A stretch of 64,000 bases of DNA. Origin: Microthyrium microscopicum. Taxonomy: Eukaryota. The notes below the pieces were generated by a model. That model had not been told where the DNA came from and did no database searches. It saw only the letters and a list, made by a program, of their open reading frames with translations. Where the stretch lies: positions 97,751 to 161,750 of the forward strand of contig MU004242.1 of NCBI GenBank assembly GCA_010405405.1. Reading direction: 5' to 3'. Made by a program: the position numbers and the translations under genes. Each line of letters begins with the position of its first letter. Within the stretch, counting starts at the first letter, position 1. Positions 49,883-62,342 of this stretch are shown here, one piece after another.

Positions 49883-51806
49883 TCAGCTTGGTCTGTTCAA
49901 CCCCCTAACCTCCACCTTCGCCTCAACCTTCCCCTTGAACCCACTCGTCCTAATAACAAGCATATCCAACCTCTCCCTCGGAAACATCGTCATAGTGCCT
50001 GCCTTCAACCCACCATTGAGGAACATTTCCAGCACACTATGATCCACCACCGCACTAATCTCCAACGCATTCACCGCATTTTCGTCTCGTGGAATGTCCG
50101 TAACACTCATCGTCTCCATCGCATCACCCAACTCCTCACCAACCAGCGCAAAACCCGCCGCACTCCGTCTATCACACGATATCGCCGGACCAGCAGCCTT
50201 CCAGCTGATGGTACACTTCACTTCCTCGCCGGATTTTGATGCGCGCCAGATGAGGGATACGTGAGAGCCAGCTTCATATGCAGCGCGATCGTCTCCAACG
50301 ATATTGAAACTCATATCCAACTGTATCGCACCACTAGCCACCTGGCTATAATTCACCGTATGCGTCCCATCTTTATCAACAACGGCACTCAACAGCTTCT
50401 CACCAACCCACTCCTCCAACCCAACCGGCGGACTCCAATAGTGAATATCGCCCGCCGTTCTAACCAACGCACCAAGACGTGGCAATGTCATCAGGCCGCG
50501 CCAGCCTTCCCTTGGACCGGACGGTGGATATGCGCAGTTGCGGAGGTTTGCTGCCCAGCCGATGGTGGTGGGGATGGTAGATGGATCTGATGAGTGTATT
50601 GAGGTTTCGGGAGTGTTGGCGAAGAATTGCGTGGCGTAGTTATCAGGGCCAAAGTCGATGATACGGTCGGCGCGCGAATCGATGGGACTGAAATGCGTAC
50701 CGTTGAAGGAGCCAGGGAAATACCGTGTTAGGGAACCGCCGTTGTAGGGTGAGCCGGAGCCGGAGGAGAGGAGGAGAATGTAGGTGCTGTTTGACTCTGG
50801 GAGCGTCGGCGCGGTTGGAGGGGACGCGGGATCGTAGGTTTCGGGGGGTGTGGGGAAGGGGTATGCGGGTGTGCTGTTGTAGAGGGGGACTTGTACGAGG
50901 TTTGGACATTCGAAGGTTGGTTCGGTGGAGGTTAGGTATGGGTTTGTGAAAACGGAGCGATAATCCCATTCGATGAGGTTGGAGGAGGTGTATATTGCGA
51001 TCTTTTGTTCGTGGGCGTATGCGACAATCATCACCCAGCGGCCCGTCTCCTTGTGCCAGAACACTTTGGGGTCGCGAAAGTTTAAGCTTGCGCCGGAGCG
51101 TCTTAGGACGGGATTTTGTGCGTATAGTTCGAATGTGTAGCCGCCGTCGAGGGAGTAGGCGAGTGCTTGTTCCTCGCTACGGCTGGCCAGATCATGCTGG
51201 GTGAAAATAGCAACTACTTTGTCGCCTATATGATCAGATGGGAAGAGGCCAGATGTGTTATTGGTGTCGAGGACTATGCTGCCAGACCACATGCCGTATT
51301 TGTGACATTTGAGGGCGATTGCATGATCAGTCCAGTTATAGAGATCGGGGGAGGTGGAGTGTGCCCAGCTCTTGCAATCGCTGGGTTCGTAGGAGGGAAG
51401 ATCTATCAAATACGTTCATGAGTTCTTGTTTCTACTTTCTTGTAGAATGGGACCTACGTTGCCAGTACATATGCCATAGTCCATTGGAGTCCTGGAACAA
51501 TCCATTGGGGTCATTGAGCCATCCTTCAGCTTTCGGCGCATAATGTATTGCAGGTCGCAGATGGCCATTCGATGTGCGCGAAGAAAAGGGACTTCGAAAG
51601 AAAACGTTGAAGAATAGAATGAGAATGAGAAACCCGGCTATAAATCTAAAAGATGTGTTGCTTATTATGGAGCTCCATGCTCTCAATCCTCGCGGTCTTC
51701 GTCGGCGCCCCTGAGCCCGTCGTTTGGCAGCGTCGAGGGGGATATCGTCTTCGTAGAACGGATCTTCCTCTTGGATGAGTTGTAATTCTTCTCCGTGGTC
51801 CTTCAT
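49883..51806 (-). CDS. Glycoside hydrolase family 32 (invertase/inulinase-like) with N-terminal membrane anchor
   Basis: LRPAIHY, WLNDPNG, WSGS, FRDPKVFW, FECP, DFGPDNYA, VDHSVLEMF. TM segment FIAGFLILILFFNVFF. Intron 51403-51457. Confidence 0.93.
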
Positions 51807-52237
51807 TGTGTCATTTGCGTCGCGAGATTATTTTCTGAACTGTTGAAGTGGCAGACAGATCAAGTGTTGAATGTGGAGAGACTGAGTTACCCCTTGATTT
51901 GGGGGGTGGCTTACGGCTTTGTTCTGGGCCCACCATCCATCCCCATTTGATCCTTCAGCCAAGCCAACCACTTGTAGACTTTTATGTCTTGTCATTCCAT
52001 CTTTGCATCACCAGAAATAGCATACAAAGAGTTAGATCGATCGACTTGGGTTACAGCCTTATGTGCTACTGGACAAGTGCTACAGTACCACTACCTGCGG
52101 TTCTTAACGCCCTCCTCAGCCTTGGAATGTCAACCACAGCTGCCTTGGACAACATCATACAACATAAAACTAACCAGAAATGAAGATATATTCACCAAAT
52201 CGTGTTGACTTCAGTCATAAATACCTAAGTATCATAA

Positions 52238-53989
52238 TCATAAATTCCTAACCGTCAGCCCCCTCCTAGACCTCCTCGGATACTCCTCACTCCAATCACT
52301 TTCCCCAGTCAATTCACTTGCGCCAATTCCATCGCCCTCGCCTTCAACCTCACTCTCCTTCTTCTTTTCCCACTTCAACCACGTAGTCATCCCACTCATC
52401 CGTCTCAGATCCGCCGCCGTCGAACCATCAATCGTCTGACTCCCAGTACTCGTCCCACTACCTCTTGACCGTGGTCTCTTATCCTCCACCGGCACAGGCA
52501 ACACGCCAGAACTACTCTTCGGCGGCCTTGGAAAGAAAAAGCTCATCGGCCCAGCCATCTGCTCCCCCGTGATAGTATTCTGTCTTGACCGGCCCGCCCA
52601 AGAACCATGGCCACTACTCTGATGTCCAGAAAGCGAGCCCATTCGCGGTGACCGTGTACGCCAAGTCATCCAGCTCATTCTCGAATTCCGCTTTCCTGAA
52701 TTCCACATTCCCGAATTCCGCTTTCCTGAATTCCACATTCCCGAATTCCGCGTCGTCAGTCGAGCGACATAGCTTTCCGGCAAGCCATCGAGTCCTAAAT
52801 CTCGTGACCAGCGGTCCAGAAACGATGGCTCAATCTCTATTGCGTTCGGTGCCTTGATTGTGCCGTGGATGGAGTGCAGGTTCGTCACCGTACTGTGCGC
52901 TGTTCCAGAAGTGGCGCTAATTATCGGATATCTGTGCTGCGCGGTAGTGACTGCTCGGTTGCTATGCATCCGTCTGATACGTTTTGTTATGGCGGTCGGC
53001 AGGAGGGAGGTGGCGATGTTGAGGAGGCGGTAGATGGTTGGGCAGCAGGCGGCGATGATGGTTAGGGAAGTATCGATAGAAGCAAGGATGGCGAGAACGG
53101 CGCCGGGCGGGTGGGTGAAGCGCGTGCCGGTGGCGAGACGGAGGTGGATTATTAGACGGCCTAGGGCGGCGAGACTGGCGAGGAGACCGGAGGTGACTAG
53201 GAAGATTGCGATGAGGGTTTCGCGGAGAGGACGGCGGGAGAAGAGGAAGAGGAGGGGTGGGATTGTTAGGATGATGTTGGATGATAAGAAGATCACTGTA
53301 GGTTGTCAGAGTTGTTGAGTTTGTCGGTGAGTGCTTAAGTATTGATACCTGCTATGCCGACGAGGAGACCGTTTTGGGTCTCTAGATGTGGTTGTAAGTT
53401 TGCTAAACCTCCCATGACGATGCTTGGAATCCAGAGAGCCAGGACTGAAATAGGGAGAATGGCGACGAAGGTCGACATGATAGCGCGAGTTGCTGTGGAA
53501 AGCTTGATGCGGATGATGGTTATTCCTAGGGACATCTTGACAAAAACTGATGCCCAAAGCCATAATGAATGAGCGACTGCTCTACTTGACGTAAGTATGT
53601 TGAAGTGTATTGTACAGATGGACTTACATCCAAGTATGAATAACCACAAATTGCTCCCTGGTTATATCGGCCGCATCTTCTCCAAACCCGTCATTGATGG
53701 CGACGATAGTGGAAACAAATGCTACTGCGCTGAAGAGCTATGTTTTGATCAGAAAGTGTAAAACCACGGCATCAACATGACTTACTGCAGCAAAAAGAAG
53801 AAAGAAGTCATCCCACAGGCCAGAAATTCCATGTATGATTAGCGATCTTAGCCGCCTCGACAGTTGAACCACTGCCAAAATAGTCGATACTGCAAATAGA
53901 GGAGATATTGTCGCTATTAACAAAATCGCGTGCGAGGTAAGTGCATCTTGCCTCTTTGATATCGTAAAATCATGGCTGTTGTTAGCCAT
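52238..53989 (-). CDS. PTH11-like / rhodopsin-domain membrane protein with long Ser/Gly/Arg-rich cytosolic tail
   Basis: WDDFFLLFAA, GFG, VKMSLGITIIRI, LAALGRL, IDTSLTIIAACCPTI. Four exons joined by GT-AG introns (approx. 53738-53785, 53582-53627, 53296-53348). Confidence 0.75.
52682..52751 (-). repeat. 30-bp coding tandem repeat (~2.3 copies) encoding RNSGMWNSGK
   Basis: cgaattccgctttcctgaattccacattcc occurs twice exactly, plus a partial third copy. Confidence 0.9.
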
Positions 53990-55043
53990 TAAAGGAAGGA
54001 AATAGTTTTCGATGTGGCCAACAACAATTCGGCATGTTCATGTCACGATGATAGTAAGACAAAGGAGGTAATGCAATTCGCTCTTCCATAGCTTTGCAAG
54101 GTTGTGTCTCGATTCTTGGTCTTGCCTCTGAGATAGGGGTTATCAAGTTGAGCTTGGTACTTCTCCAGACGATGCTCAAGCTTGAGGTATAGTCTACCTG
54201 ACTACTGGCGGTTGAGGTCTAACATAAATGCGGAGACCAATGAGAGCCTGTGAGCACATACCTGCGGTGCTAAGCTTCAAATAGCAATTGGCAGTTGAAG
54301 TCGAGTTATAATCTGGTTCCGTAGCAAGTATCCATAAGAGCTAAGCAGACTAAGCAAGCTACGGTGTTCGGTCCCACAGTGTGCATGGTATTGATATAAG
54401 AACATCAGACTGGGAATGCCCAAATCAAACAAAAGTTCGTTCATTTTTGTAGATGGACATAAGTGGTACTGCGTTGACTCGATCAATTTGGAGCTTCAAG
54501 GTGGAGGAACCACTGCTAATGGAGAGCTTGGCCACTCTCCACGGTCTCTCCAATTGGGCCAGATGTAGTCAAGTATCTTGACACTATTGGGATACAATTC
54601 TTCATCAAGGATTGGCATTGGTCGATTGGAATGTTTTATGGTTTTGCCGACACTTTCCTGAACACTGTTGATGATGGAGCACAAAGTTCTCTTGACACAG
54701 AATAAACCTAGAAGTTGCTCAAGAAGGATCCGCCACTATCACCTTAGATGCTCATAGCAGGCTGCTGTTGAAAACGGCTGCTATGGCTCCCAACCGATAG
54801 ACAAAATAAATGGCGTGCGCCCATCTACTTCGATGGCTCCCACACAACACGGTCTGGTATCGAGTGCTTTATTTACCATCTAGGGCGTTTAGACTCGGCT
54901 ATTTTATGAAATGCGAGGGAAAAATTTAGCACCTCTTGATTAGAAGCCTTCGTGGGAGCCAGCGAAGTTGATGGGAGAACGCCAGTTATTTTGACATGCG
55001 GTTGGGCTCCCTACGACATAATGCCACATGTTTTGCTCGACGA

Positions 55044-56954
55044 CTATTGAAGATCCCACACCTGATGAAGACTTACTAATTGCTCGACTATTATCTCGTG
55101 AGAATGAGTATCTCTCAAATCGTAGTAAACCCGAAAAGAGTTTTCCTGTTTGTCGGCGAGATGATAGAACGTGAGCTGGTCAAGTTGTCGTAGGTCGTCG
55201 TCTTCCTTGGCTTCGGCGGTCTTGGTTGATAAGACTTGGAGAGGGCATGCCGTTGCAGATTTGCCTTCCGAGATGGCCGCAAAGATGGCTCGGGCGAGAG
55301 ACTCATCCAAGTTCCGATTGATGAGGTATTGCATCGCGTACTTCGTTCGAGGCTCACAAATATCGTACGTATAATTAATCCATCGGTCCGGCTCAATGTC
55401 CTTCTCGTCAGACCAATCGATTTCAATGTTCAATGCATGTATAGTGAGGTTGAGATTCAAAAGATCGTGTAAAGAACCAAGCGTTCTGTACAGTTGTACT
55501 TCATTAGCATCGCCCAGGGAGCGAGCAAAGTCCAATGATAAGTCTATCAAACTCGGACATGCGGTGGCTAGTCTCTCCACTGCTTTCCGGTCAAATACGA
55601 CCCCATTCTCGCCCGGTTCATATTGTGAAAGAGCGAGGGACTTTAAGGTTGATCCGTGGCGCTCATATATGCTCTCTATAATGCGCGGATGCAACTCACC
55701 ATTAATGCTAAGAGCTTTGATGGGCGGGATCGCAAACAAAAAGTCAACAACACAATCGAGATTGTTGTCTGGTGGAGCTACGTTATCCTCATCTAGTTTG
55801 TCCAATGTCAGAGAGAGCGTTGTGAGCGACGGGAAGGAGCTAATTGATAACAAATATGTCAGAGTCTCTGCAGTGATACGTTGTGTTGACAGCTCTAGCG
55901 GTTTCAATTCGAGCGTTTGCAGAACGTTCCAATCAATTTGAGTCCTATAATCAGGGTCTTGGCTCCAATACGTAAGAATTTTGCAATCTAGTCCCCAAAC
56001 AAGCGTTTTCAAGGACACTGTCGAAACTGTGTGATTAGGATCGCATAGAGCATTTTGGCAGCTAGCTCGGCTGCAGTGTTTCCAAGGTTTTCGGATCGCT
56101 TGCTCGCCGTTCGCATCATATTCTGTGGCGCTCTGGGTGAAGACTTCTTGCAGATTGGGAGCAAGCCTTAGGACAGTACGAGGGACTGCCCTTAAGAGAG
56201 TGCTCGGGCGTGTTCGCCTATCCATTTCGACATGACCATGCATATGTGAGTCACAGTAGACTGAGATGCTGTATAGGCGTGGTGAGCTCGCAATGGCTAT
56301 CTCGTGAGGATCAGGTCGACATGTGTGTAGCGTGCGAAATCGCAAGTCGTTGATGTGCAGCCGGCACTTTGATCGAATCTGAACAGCAGCTAAGATGCAC
56401 GGCGGTAATTGAGTCCAGCAAGCAAATATGAGATCGTAGAGCGAAGATAGACTGCGAATCCAAATGGCTAACGGTAACCAAGCCGCATCGTCCTCCTTTG
56501 TATCACTTGCTTCGCTATACTCTGAACGCTCATTGCGCCTGGCGTTACTGGCTTCTTTCGTGTGATACCGTGACAATGCTGCTGCCGAAGAAAAAGAATA
56601 TTGGAAGCCGGTATGATGTGGAGCATACGCGTGAAGATTGTCGCTTAATCTACTTTTTTTGTTGTCTTGCTTGTCGTCTTCGTCCTCCTGAAGTTTCATG
56701 CCTCCTTCAATGACAAGACAGCGTACATTTTCGACCCGGACGCACGCGGACAGCGTAGCGAGGTCCTGAACTAGCCGACTTGGTGTTTTGACCGTGAGCT
56801 TGATCGTATTGTAAACTAAAGGACCAGCAATGGAGTTGAGTTGCTTGTTGACTAAAGCGAGTGATCGCAAGCTGGGGCTGTGGATCTCCTGAACTAGCTT
56901 GGAAATGCTCAACAACAATTCGTAGGGAAGAGAAAGCAGCGCGACATCAGCCAT
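55044..56954 (-). CDS. F-box/LRR-like hypothetical protein (~636 aa)
   Basis: LLSLPYELLLSI...LRSLALVNKQL F-box-like start followed by LxxLxL repeats (FPSLTTLSL, TLKSLAL, CPSLIDLSL). Confidence 0.8.
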   Translation of the reverse strand: MADVALLSLPYELLLSISKLVQEIHSPSLRSLALVNKQLNSIAGPLVYNTIKLTVKTPSRLVQDLATLSACVRVENVRCLVIEGGMKLQEDEDDKQDNKKSRLSDNLHAYAPHHTGFQYSFSSAAALSRYHTKEASNARRNERSEYSEASDTKEDDAAWLPLAIWIRSLSSLYDLIFACWTQLPPCILAAVQIRSKCRLHINDLRFRTLHTCRPDPHEIAIASSPRLYSISVYCDSHMHGHVEMDRRTRPSTLLRAVPRTVLRLAPNLQEVFTQSATEYDANGEQAIRKPWKHCSRASCQNALCDPNHTVSTVSLKTLVWGLDCKILTYWSQDPDYRTQIDWNVLQTLELKPLELSTQRITAETLTYLLSISSFPSLTTLSLTLDKLDEDNVAPPDNNLDCVVDFLFAIPPIKALSINGELHPRIIESIYERHGSTLKSLALSQYEPGENGVVFDRKAVERLATACPSLIDLSLDFARSLGDANEVQLYRTLGSLHDLLNLNLTIHALNIEIDWSDEKDIEPDRWINYTYDICEPRTKYAMQYLINRNLDESLARAIFAAISEGKSATACPLQVLSTKTAEAKEDDDLRQLDQLTFYHLADKQENSFRVYYDLRDTHSHEIIVEQLVSLHQVWDLQ

Positions 56955-57749
56955 GGTCAATAGATTTTTCGAATTCAGCTGTTTGATATCATGAAAAGAG
57001 AAAGCTTAAGAAGGTCGCGGTTACAGTGCTGTAAGGGACCTAGTGTCCCTTTTGAACTTTTGTTGAACTTTGGACGCGTTGATTGGTCTGAAAGCAAGCC
57101 ATCTTGGCTCTTTCTGGTCTAGTAGGAAGAAGTTTGGGCGATCAAGACATCTTTAATTGAGGACTCATTTTTAGCCAGTCGCAAGACTACGGTTCAGAAT
57201 AGCCTTACAAGCATCCCATTCTCGAATGAGATTGCGGAATTCATCTATGTCTGGTCCGCACATTGAAGATTACCGAGTGTGGTTGCTATTGTACTCCCAG
57301 GCCATTAGGCTGAGGCTCCAGCCCTCTGCAGCCAATGAACGTCAGTTCCAAAAGCTAGGCGGCCAATCAGAAAGTGCTTCTCATACGACTGATTGTGACT
57401 GGATAATTTTTCTGCTCTATGACTGACATTCGGAACGCGCGGCAGAGAGGAAATGGTTAGTCTTTGTGAATTTACCTGTGAGTGACACTGAATGGCTTTT
57501 GATGACACCGCCAATAGCGAGAAAGCAGAAGGTAACCTGGCACGATTACTCGATTAGTAGTGATTACGATGAAATTGAATGTCGTAATCTGTAAAGGCAA
57601 TCATAGTGAGATAACATTTTATGAAACTTTACCGAAAAACACTGTTTTTGTATCCTTATAAGGTTATAATCAGCCTTACTGTAGTCTCTGCAAACTAGCA
57701 TCATCGTGTCAATGGGAGACATAGAGAGCACACTTTGAGAACAAGCCCT

Positions 57750-58195
57750 TCACCAAGCAATCATCCTCCTCTCTGAAGCTTCAATTCTCCTACCCTTTTC
57801 ATCAGCCTTGCTACTGTAAGCAGCAGCCGCATTCTTCTTCCCCGCACTAGCAAAAACCATTCCATTTCCTACGGCAATCTGTCCATTGCCTTTGGTTTTG
57901 TATCTTGTCGTCTTTCCATCCGTAGAGACGGATGCGGTGCCTTTGCTGCTTTTGGCCATAGCGACAGCGGTTTTGTTGTTATTGATTAGGTGGGCCTGAG
58001 CATCGCCGCGAGAGTAGGTGAAGTTAGAGGCTGCGGTATCCGTTAGATAGGGAGATTGACAGTGACAGAAATGGACTGGAAAAGGATGAAGGTCGAGGGT
58101 TCGGGAGGCTTACAATTATTACTTCTGCTGGAGAAGGAATTGACTTCTCTCTGAATCTCGCGTTCTTGTCTTTCTGTTGAGGAAGAGTTGCCCAT
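57750..58195 (-). CDS. Small orphan protein (120 aa) with N-myristoylation-like start
   Basis: Exon 58195-58114, intron 58113-58031 (GTAAGC...CTAAC...CAG), exon 58030-57750 in frame. Begins MGNSSS. TATA-like element near 58312. Confidence 0.6.
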
Positions 58196-59631
58196 ATTTG
58201 AAGATGTTTGAGTTATGATGATAGAATCAGAGCAGATTTCGGAAAAAAAGCGTACAGGTGGATTGGGAAGACTTCAAAGGAATGATGAAAAAGCGGTAGT
58301 GTACGGGCATATTATAAAATGGAAGGTCTTCACTGTAATCGAGCAATTTGCAAGACCAGGCTGACACAAGGTTGACTCGCCTAGCTACGAAGGTTCATCG
58401 GAACTAGAAACATGGCTTATCACGCAGAACACTCGTCTATCTGTGAGTGGATGGCAATAGGTAGCTGGACGAATACAGATATCGTCGACTAAATCCGGCA
58501 GATAGAGGGTGCATTAGTTCCTGACGCTGGTTTGTTCTACGATTATAGCAAAATCACAAGGCTGAGATTTCGCCGGATCAGGTATGGTCAAAAAAGATTC
58601 ATTCAGGTCAAGGAGACCTTTTTCGGGCCGCGCGGTCGTCATGAATTGCTAATTTGAAATCAAAGGAGGTCTCTGGTGCCATGTTCATACTAGATAGAAG
58701 TGAACGGCCAATACCGTCAGAGAATAATTTGACAATGAATCCGATGAAAGGAGTACAACCCGCCCTGACACACCTGATCAGACTTAGCCACTCGGCGACA
58801 ACTCTCATAAACTGGGGCTTTGGGAAGAATAATGTCCTTCATACAAGGGTTCCTTTCCAAAGTCATGATCGACAAGATTGAAAGCATAGGGAACGGGTGG
58901 ACCCGATCACTAACCAAATTGCAAATTAGGAGTGAAAGTAGTTCGTACGATCGTTCGGCTTAGCTCTATTTGACCTCACAGAACAGGTAATTGCTTCACC
59001 AAAAGAGGAATGATCAAAGGTTTGTCAAGGGCTTATCGAATAGGCTGCTTGAAAAGCTGTTTCTTTCTACTATATGCACAACATTGAATCTACTATACTT
59101 TGGTCACATAACCCTGGCTTTCGGAGTAGGTTTTAAAACTACACCTACCATTGACAGTGTGGCTTTATCATGATCTCTTGGATGTTCAAGAAATTATCAT
59201 TTGATACAAATCAAGTACTCAATAATACAAGATATGTCTCTTCTCTATAATCTTTTCCCTTGGCCATTGCCATCCTCAAAATGCAAGTCTTGACTTTTGC
59301 TTGACTTGCTTGAAAAGCTGCATCCAAGAATCCAAGATTCATGCCCCAGAGTGCCCTACAGGTTGAATCGGTACAACATACTTTGAACTGGCTCCACAAT
59401 TGTTCAATAAAAAGAGGGCATTACTAGTGAAACCTATGTCGATGTGCAGCTTCACTCGTGAAACCCTAAACGACTTCGTTTGTGGTGGCCAAGTCGATAT
59501 CCAAGAAACCCCCGTATCGCTAACTCTAGAAATATATACCTTGAGAAAAGCTACTCGAAAAGTATAACTATCCTGGATCCCTGAATCTCCATCCCAAGAA
59601 TCATCCTCCAGTACCAAACTCTTAAACGAAC

Positions 59632-60585
59632 ATGGCCTACGACGAAAATCAAGTCCCCAAGAAGCGACGATCCCTTCGGGAGTCTGTCAAGGTCGTCCTA
59701 AAGCCCAAGAAATACCATGAAGCCAAAGAAAATCTCGAAGTCTCGCAAGGTCACCTCCGCCAAACCCGCGAGGAAGTAGTCAAATACGAAAAAGACCTCA
59801 AAAAGGCTCGCGCAGAACAACAAAATGCCAATGACGAGCTCGCACGCGCCAAGCGAGAGATCACTCAAGCTCACGAAGAGCTTGAAAACATGCATCAAGA
59901 ACTCGAAATGCTCAAGGCCGAGCTCCTGGAGACGCAGAAAGACCTCCGCAACACCAAAAAAGAAGTCATCACCCACAAGAGCAACCACGACAGCCTTTCA
60001 GAGCAACATCGCGCCGGCCAAGGCGAAATCAGACAGCTCAAGAGCAACCATGACAGCCTTTCAGAGCAACACCGTGCTGGCCAAGACGAAATTAGACAGC
60101 TCAAGAAAGACTACAGCGAATCGGAGCGAAACCACCAACAGGTGCAGCAGGATCACTACCGTACGAAAGATGAGCTCGCCCACGCGAGACAGGAGCACGC
60201 ACTGACAAGGAACCATCTCGACACCGCACAGACAGCACTCTCTGAGAAGATCATTGTGATGAAAGCGCTGCAGAAAGAGAACGATGAGATGCACACCGAG
60301 AACACCTGGCTCCGCGAAACTAATTCAACAGATATAGCCAAGATCATCAACCACCTGCATGAGCTTAACAAGAAGACAGGCATTGGAGGGTCCGATGCGG
60401 AATTTGGCGAGGCAAGGTCACATACCTCTCATGAGTCTCACCATCCGCATGTATCGCCACCGCAGCTGTCCAGAGCGCGCTCGCGTGGGTCTCGGATGTC
60501 GAGAAATTCGCAGATTTTGACTGCTGCAGCCAAGTATCCAGAGATCCATGAACATTACAGTTCGCCGCCAATGGCTATGGCGTGA
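59632..60585 (+). CDS. Coiled-coil hypothetical protein (317 aa)
   Basis: Long E/K/Q/H-rich heptad region with a disordered His/Ser tail; intronless. Confidence 0.75.
   Translation: MAYDENQVPKKRRSLRESVKVVLKPKKYHEAKENLEVSQGHLRQTREEVVKYEKDLKKARAEQQNANDELARAKREITQAHEELENMHQELEMLKAELLETQKDLRNTKKEVITHKSNHDSLSEQHRAGQGEIRQLKSNHDSLSEQHRAGQDEIRQLKKDYSESERNHQQVQQDHYRTKDELAHARQEHALTRNHLDTAQTALSEKIIVMKALQKENDEMHTENTWLRETNSTDIAKIINHLHELNKKTGIGGSDAEFGEARSHTSHESHHPHVSPPQLSRARSRGSRMSRNSQILTAAAKYPEIHEHYSSPPMAMA
59976..60105 (+). repeat. 63-bp coding tandem duplication (21 aa, three heptads)
   Basis: KSNHDSLSEQHRAGQ(G/D)EIRQL occurs twice; copies start at 59976 and 60039. Confidence 0.9.
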
Positions 60586-61233
60586 CTGTCCGACGAGTTG
60601 TTGTGGATGGGGAAGTGAAACAGAGGTGGTCATTGTCGTTGGAGTTATGATGCAAATCGAGATCTTCTGTAGAATACGATGGCAGCTAGTTTGATGTTCT
60701 GTATGTATTTTTGGTTGTTGGTACATATATTTGAAAGTACGATTCTCTTACAAAGGTTCTGTCACTTCATGATTGTCACTCTTACAACGAATCTATGAAT
60801 TCTTTCTTCTCAAAATACGTTGACATTTGATTACGAGTTGCACTCTGAAAAGGTTTAAAATGAGGTTCTCGGGTATCATGTGCTCATATATCTGACAAAT
60901 TAATCATGCTAAATAGCACTCGTCGGTAAACTGAGATGGCTGTGAACTGGGGTGTGCTTTGGGAAAGTCAAAATCTCATTTCAGGGCTGCCAGGTTACCT
61001 CCTCAGAAAATAACGCATAGAGTTGATGATGAGCTCGTTGAATCTGATAATTCGATAGGCAAGTGCCCGTTAGTTACCAGGCACGTTACCGAACATCACA
61101 ACAGAAGTGGCGGTGAAGCTGCATGATAGTACAACCTTGGAGGATATTCGTTTTTCCCTCCTCTATAATTACTACTACTGATTTATTCAGTCGATTCTGG
61201 AGTCTGGGAGCGCATTTTGCACAAATACTTATC

Positions 61234-62128
61234 ATGGTCAGTCAGGATTTCTATTGGATCTTATAGTAGTATGAACAATCGACTAATAATAGGTACCTTA
61301 ACAGCAGTCTATCGAACACGAAGAGCTCTATAACTATTTCGATGAAGATGTCTTCAACAAGACCGCCAAAAGTGTCAAAAGCTTAGGCTACACAATGTCG
61401 CAAATCATGGCACGATATGTGCGCGATACCCACAAGTCGTTGGACCAAATTCAATCCCAGATGTACGTGACAATCGCAAGGACCTCCTTTTCTTCCAGCT
61501 GTTCTTGAACGTATCTAACTAAATAGGTAGCTTGGTCGAGAATTGGGCCGTGGTTTATCAGACTGCAGTTAATTTCATCGAAAGCACAGCTCCAATTGGT
61601 GGTGACGAGATTCCCTATAGACTTAATTTGGTCAAGATCCAGGCGGAACAGGTCCATAGTATCAAAAAGTTAAACCTGAACAATAGTGGGCGCTCATATG
61701 AAGAGAACGTGGAGAGAATCAACCAAAATCTCAGAGAAGCCTATGAATACTTGGATAAGTCGGTCGTGTTTCTCACAAAGCTTTACAGTTGGCCTGCCGC
61801 CGTCCCCAACAAGACCAAGATTGTCGATATGTCTGAGCGCCGCGCCACAAAGTCTCCAGTGGCTGTCGATGTAGGAGACAGTGAATATAACGGTGATGAG
61901 TCTGCAGTCAGTGCCAGTGTCAACTCTTCCTGGAGCCCGCTGGAGAAGGAAAAGAGTGGCAATGCCCCAGGGCATCAAGGCACAAAATGTCGAAGAGAGG
62001 TCGATGGGGAAGAAGATGACCAAAGTTATAATAGTGAAGCCCTCTGCCGTCCGTTCAAGAGGCAGAAGATTGGAGGTATTGATATGAACGTACTCGACTG
62101 GATCTTAGGTGGTGAAATGAAATCATGA
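61234..62128 (+). CDS. Ypd1/HPt-like protein lacking the phospho-acceptor His (copy 1), with acidic/disordered C-tail; 5' end uncertain
   Basis: Exon ~61305/61308-61462, intron 61463-61530, exon 61531-62128 give YFDEDVF...LDQIQSQILVENWAVVYQTAVNFIESTAPIGG...LTKLY. Confidence 0.55.
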
Positions 62129-62342
62129 ACATTAACCCGCCTGGTCGCAAATAACTGAGTATTCGAGATATTATGCACATGCCAAAGTGTTTCTTTCTTT
62201 GGTAATGAATCCGAATTTTTCACAAGTGTACCGCTATAACTTACCATCTTCGTGAAGGGTGAGCATCAAGGTCATCCTTCTCTTGTCTATCCTAACTACA
62301 TCACGTATTGTTAATATTTCATATCCAAAGAGCAAGTCAAAC

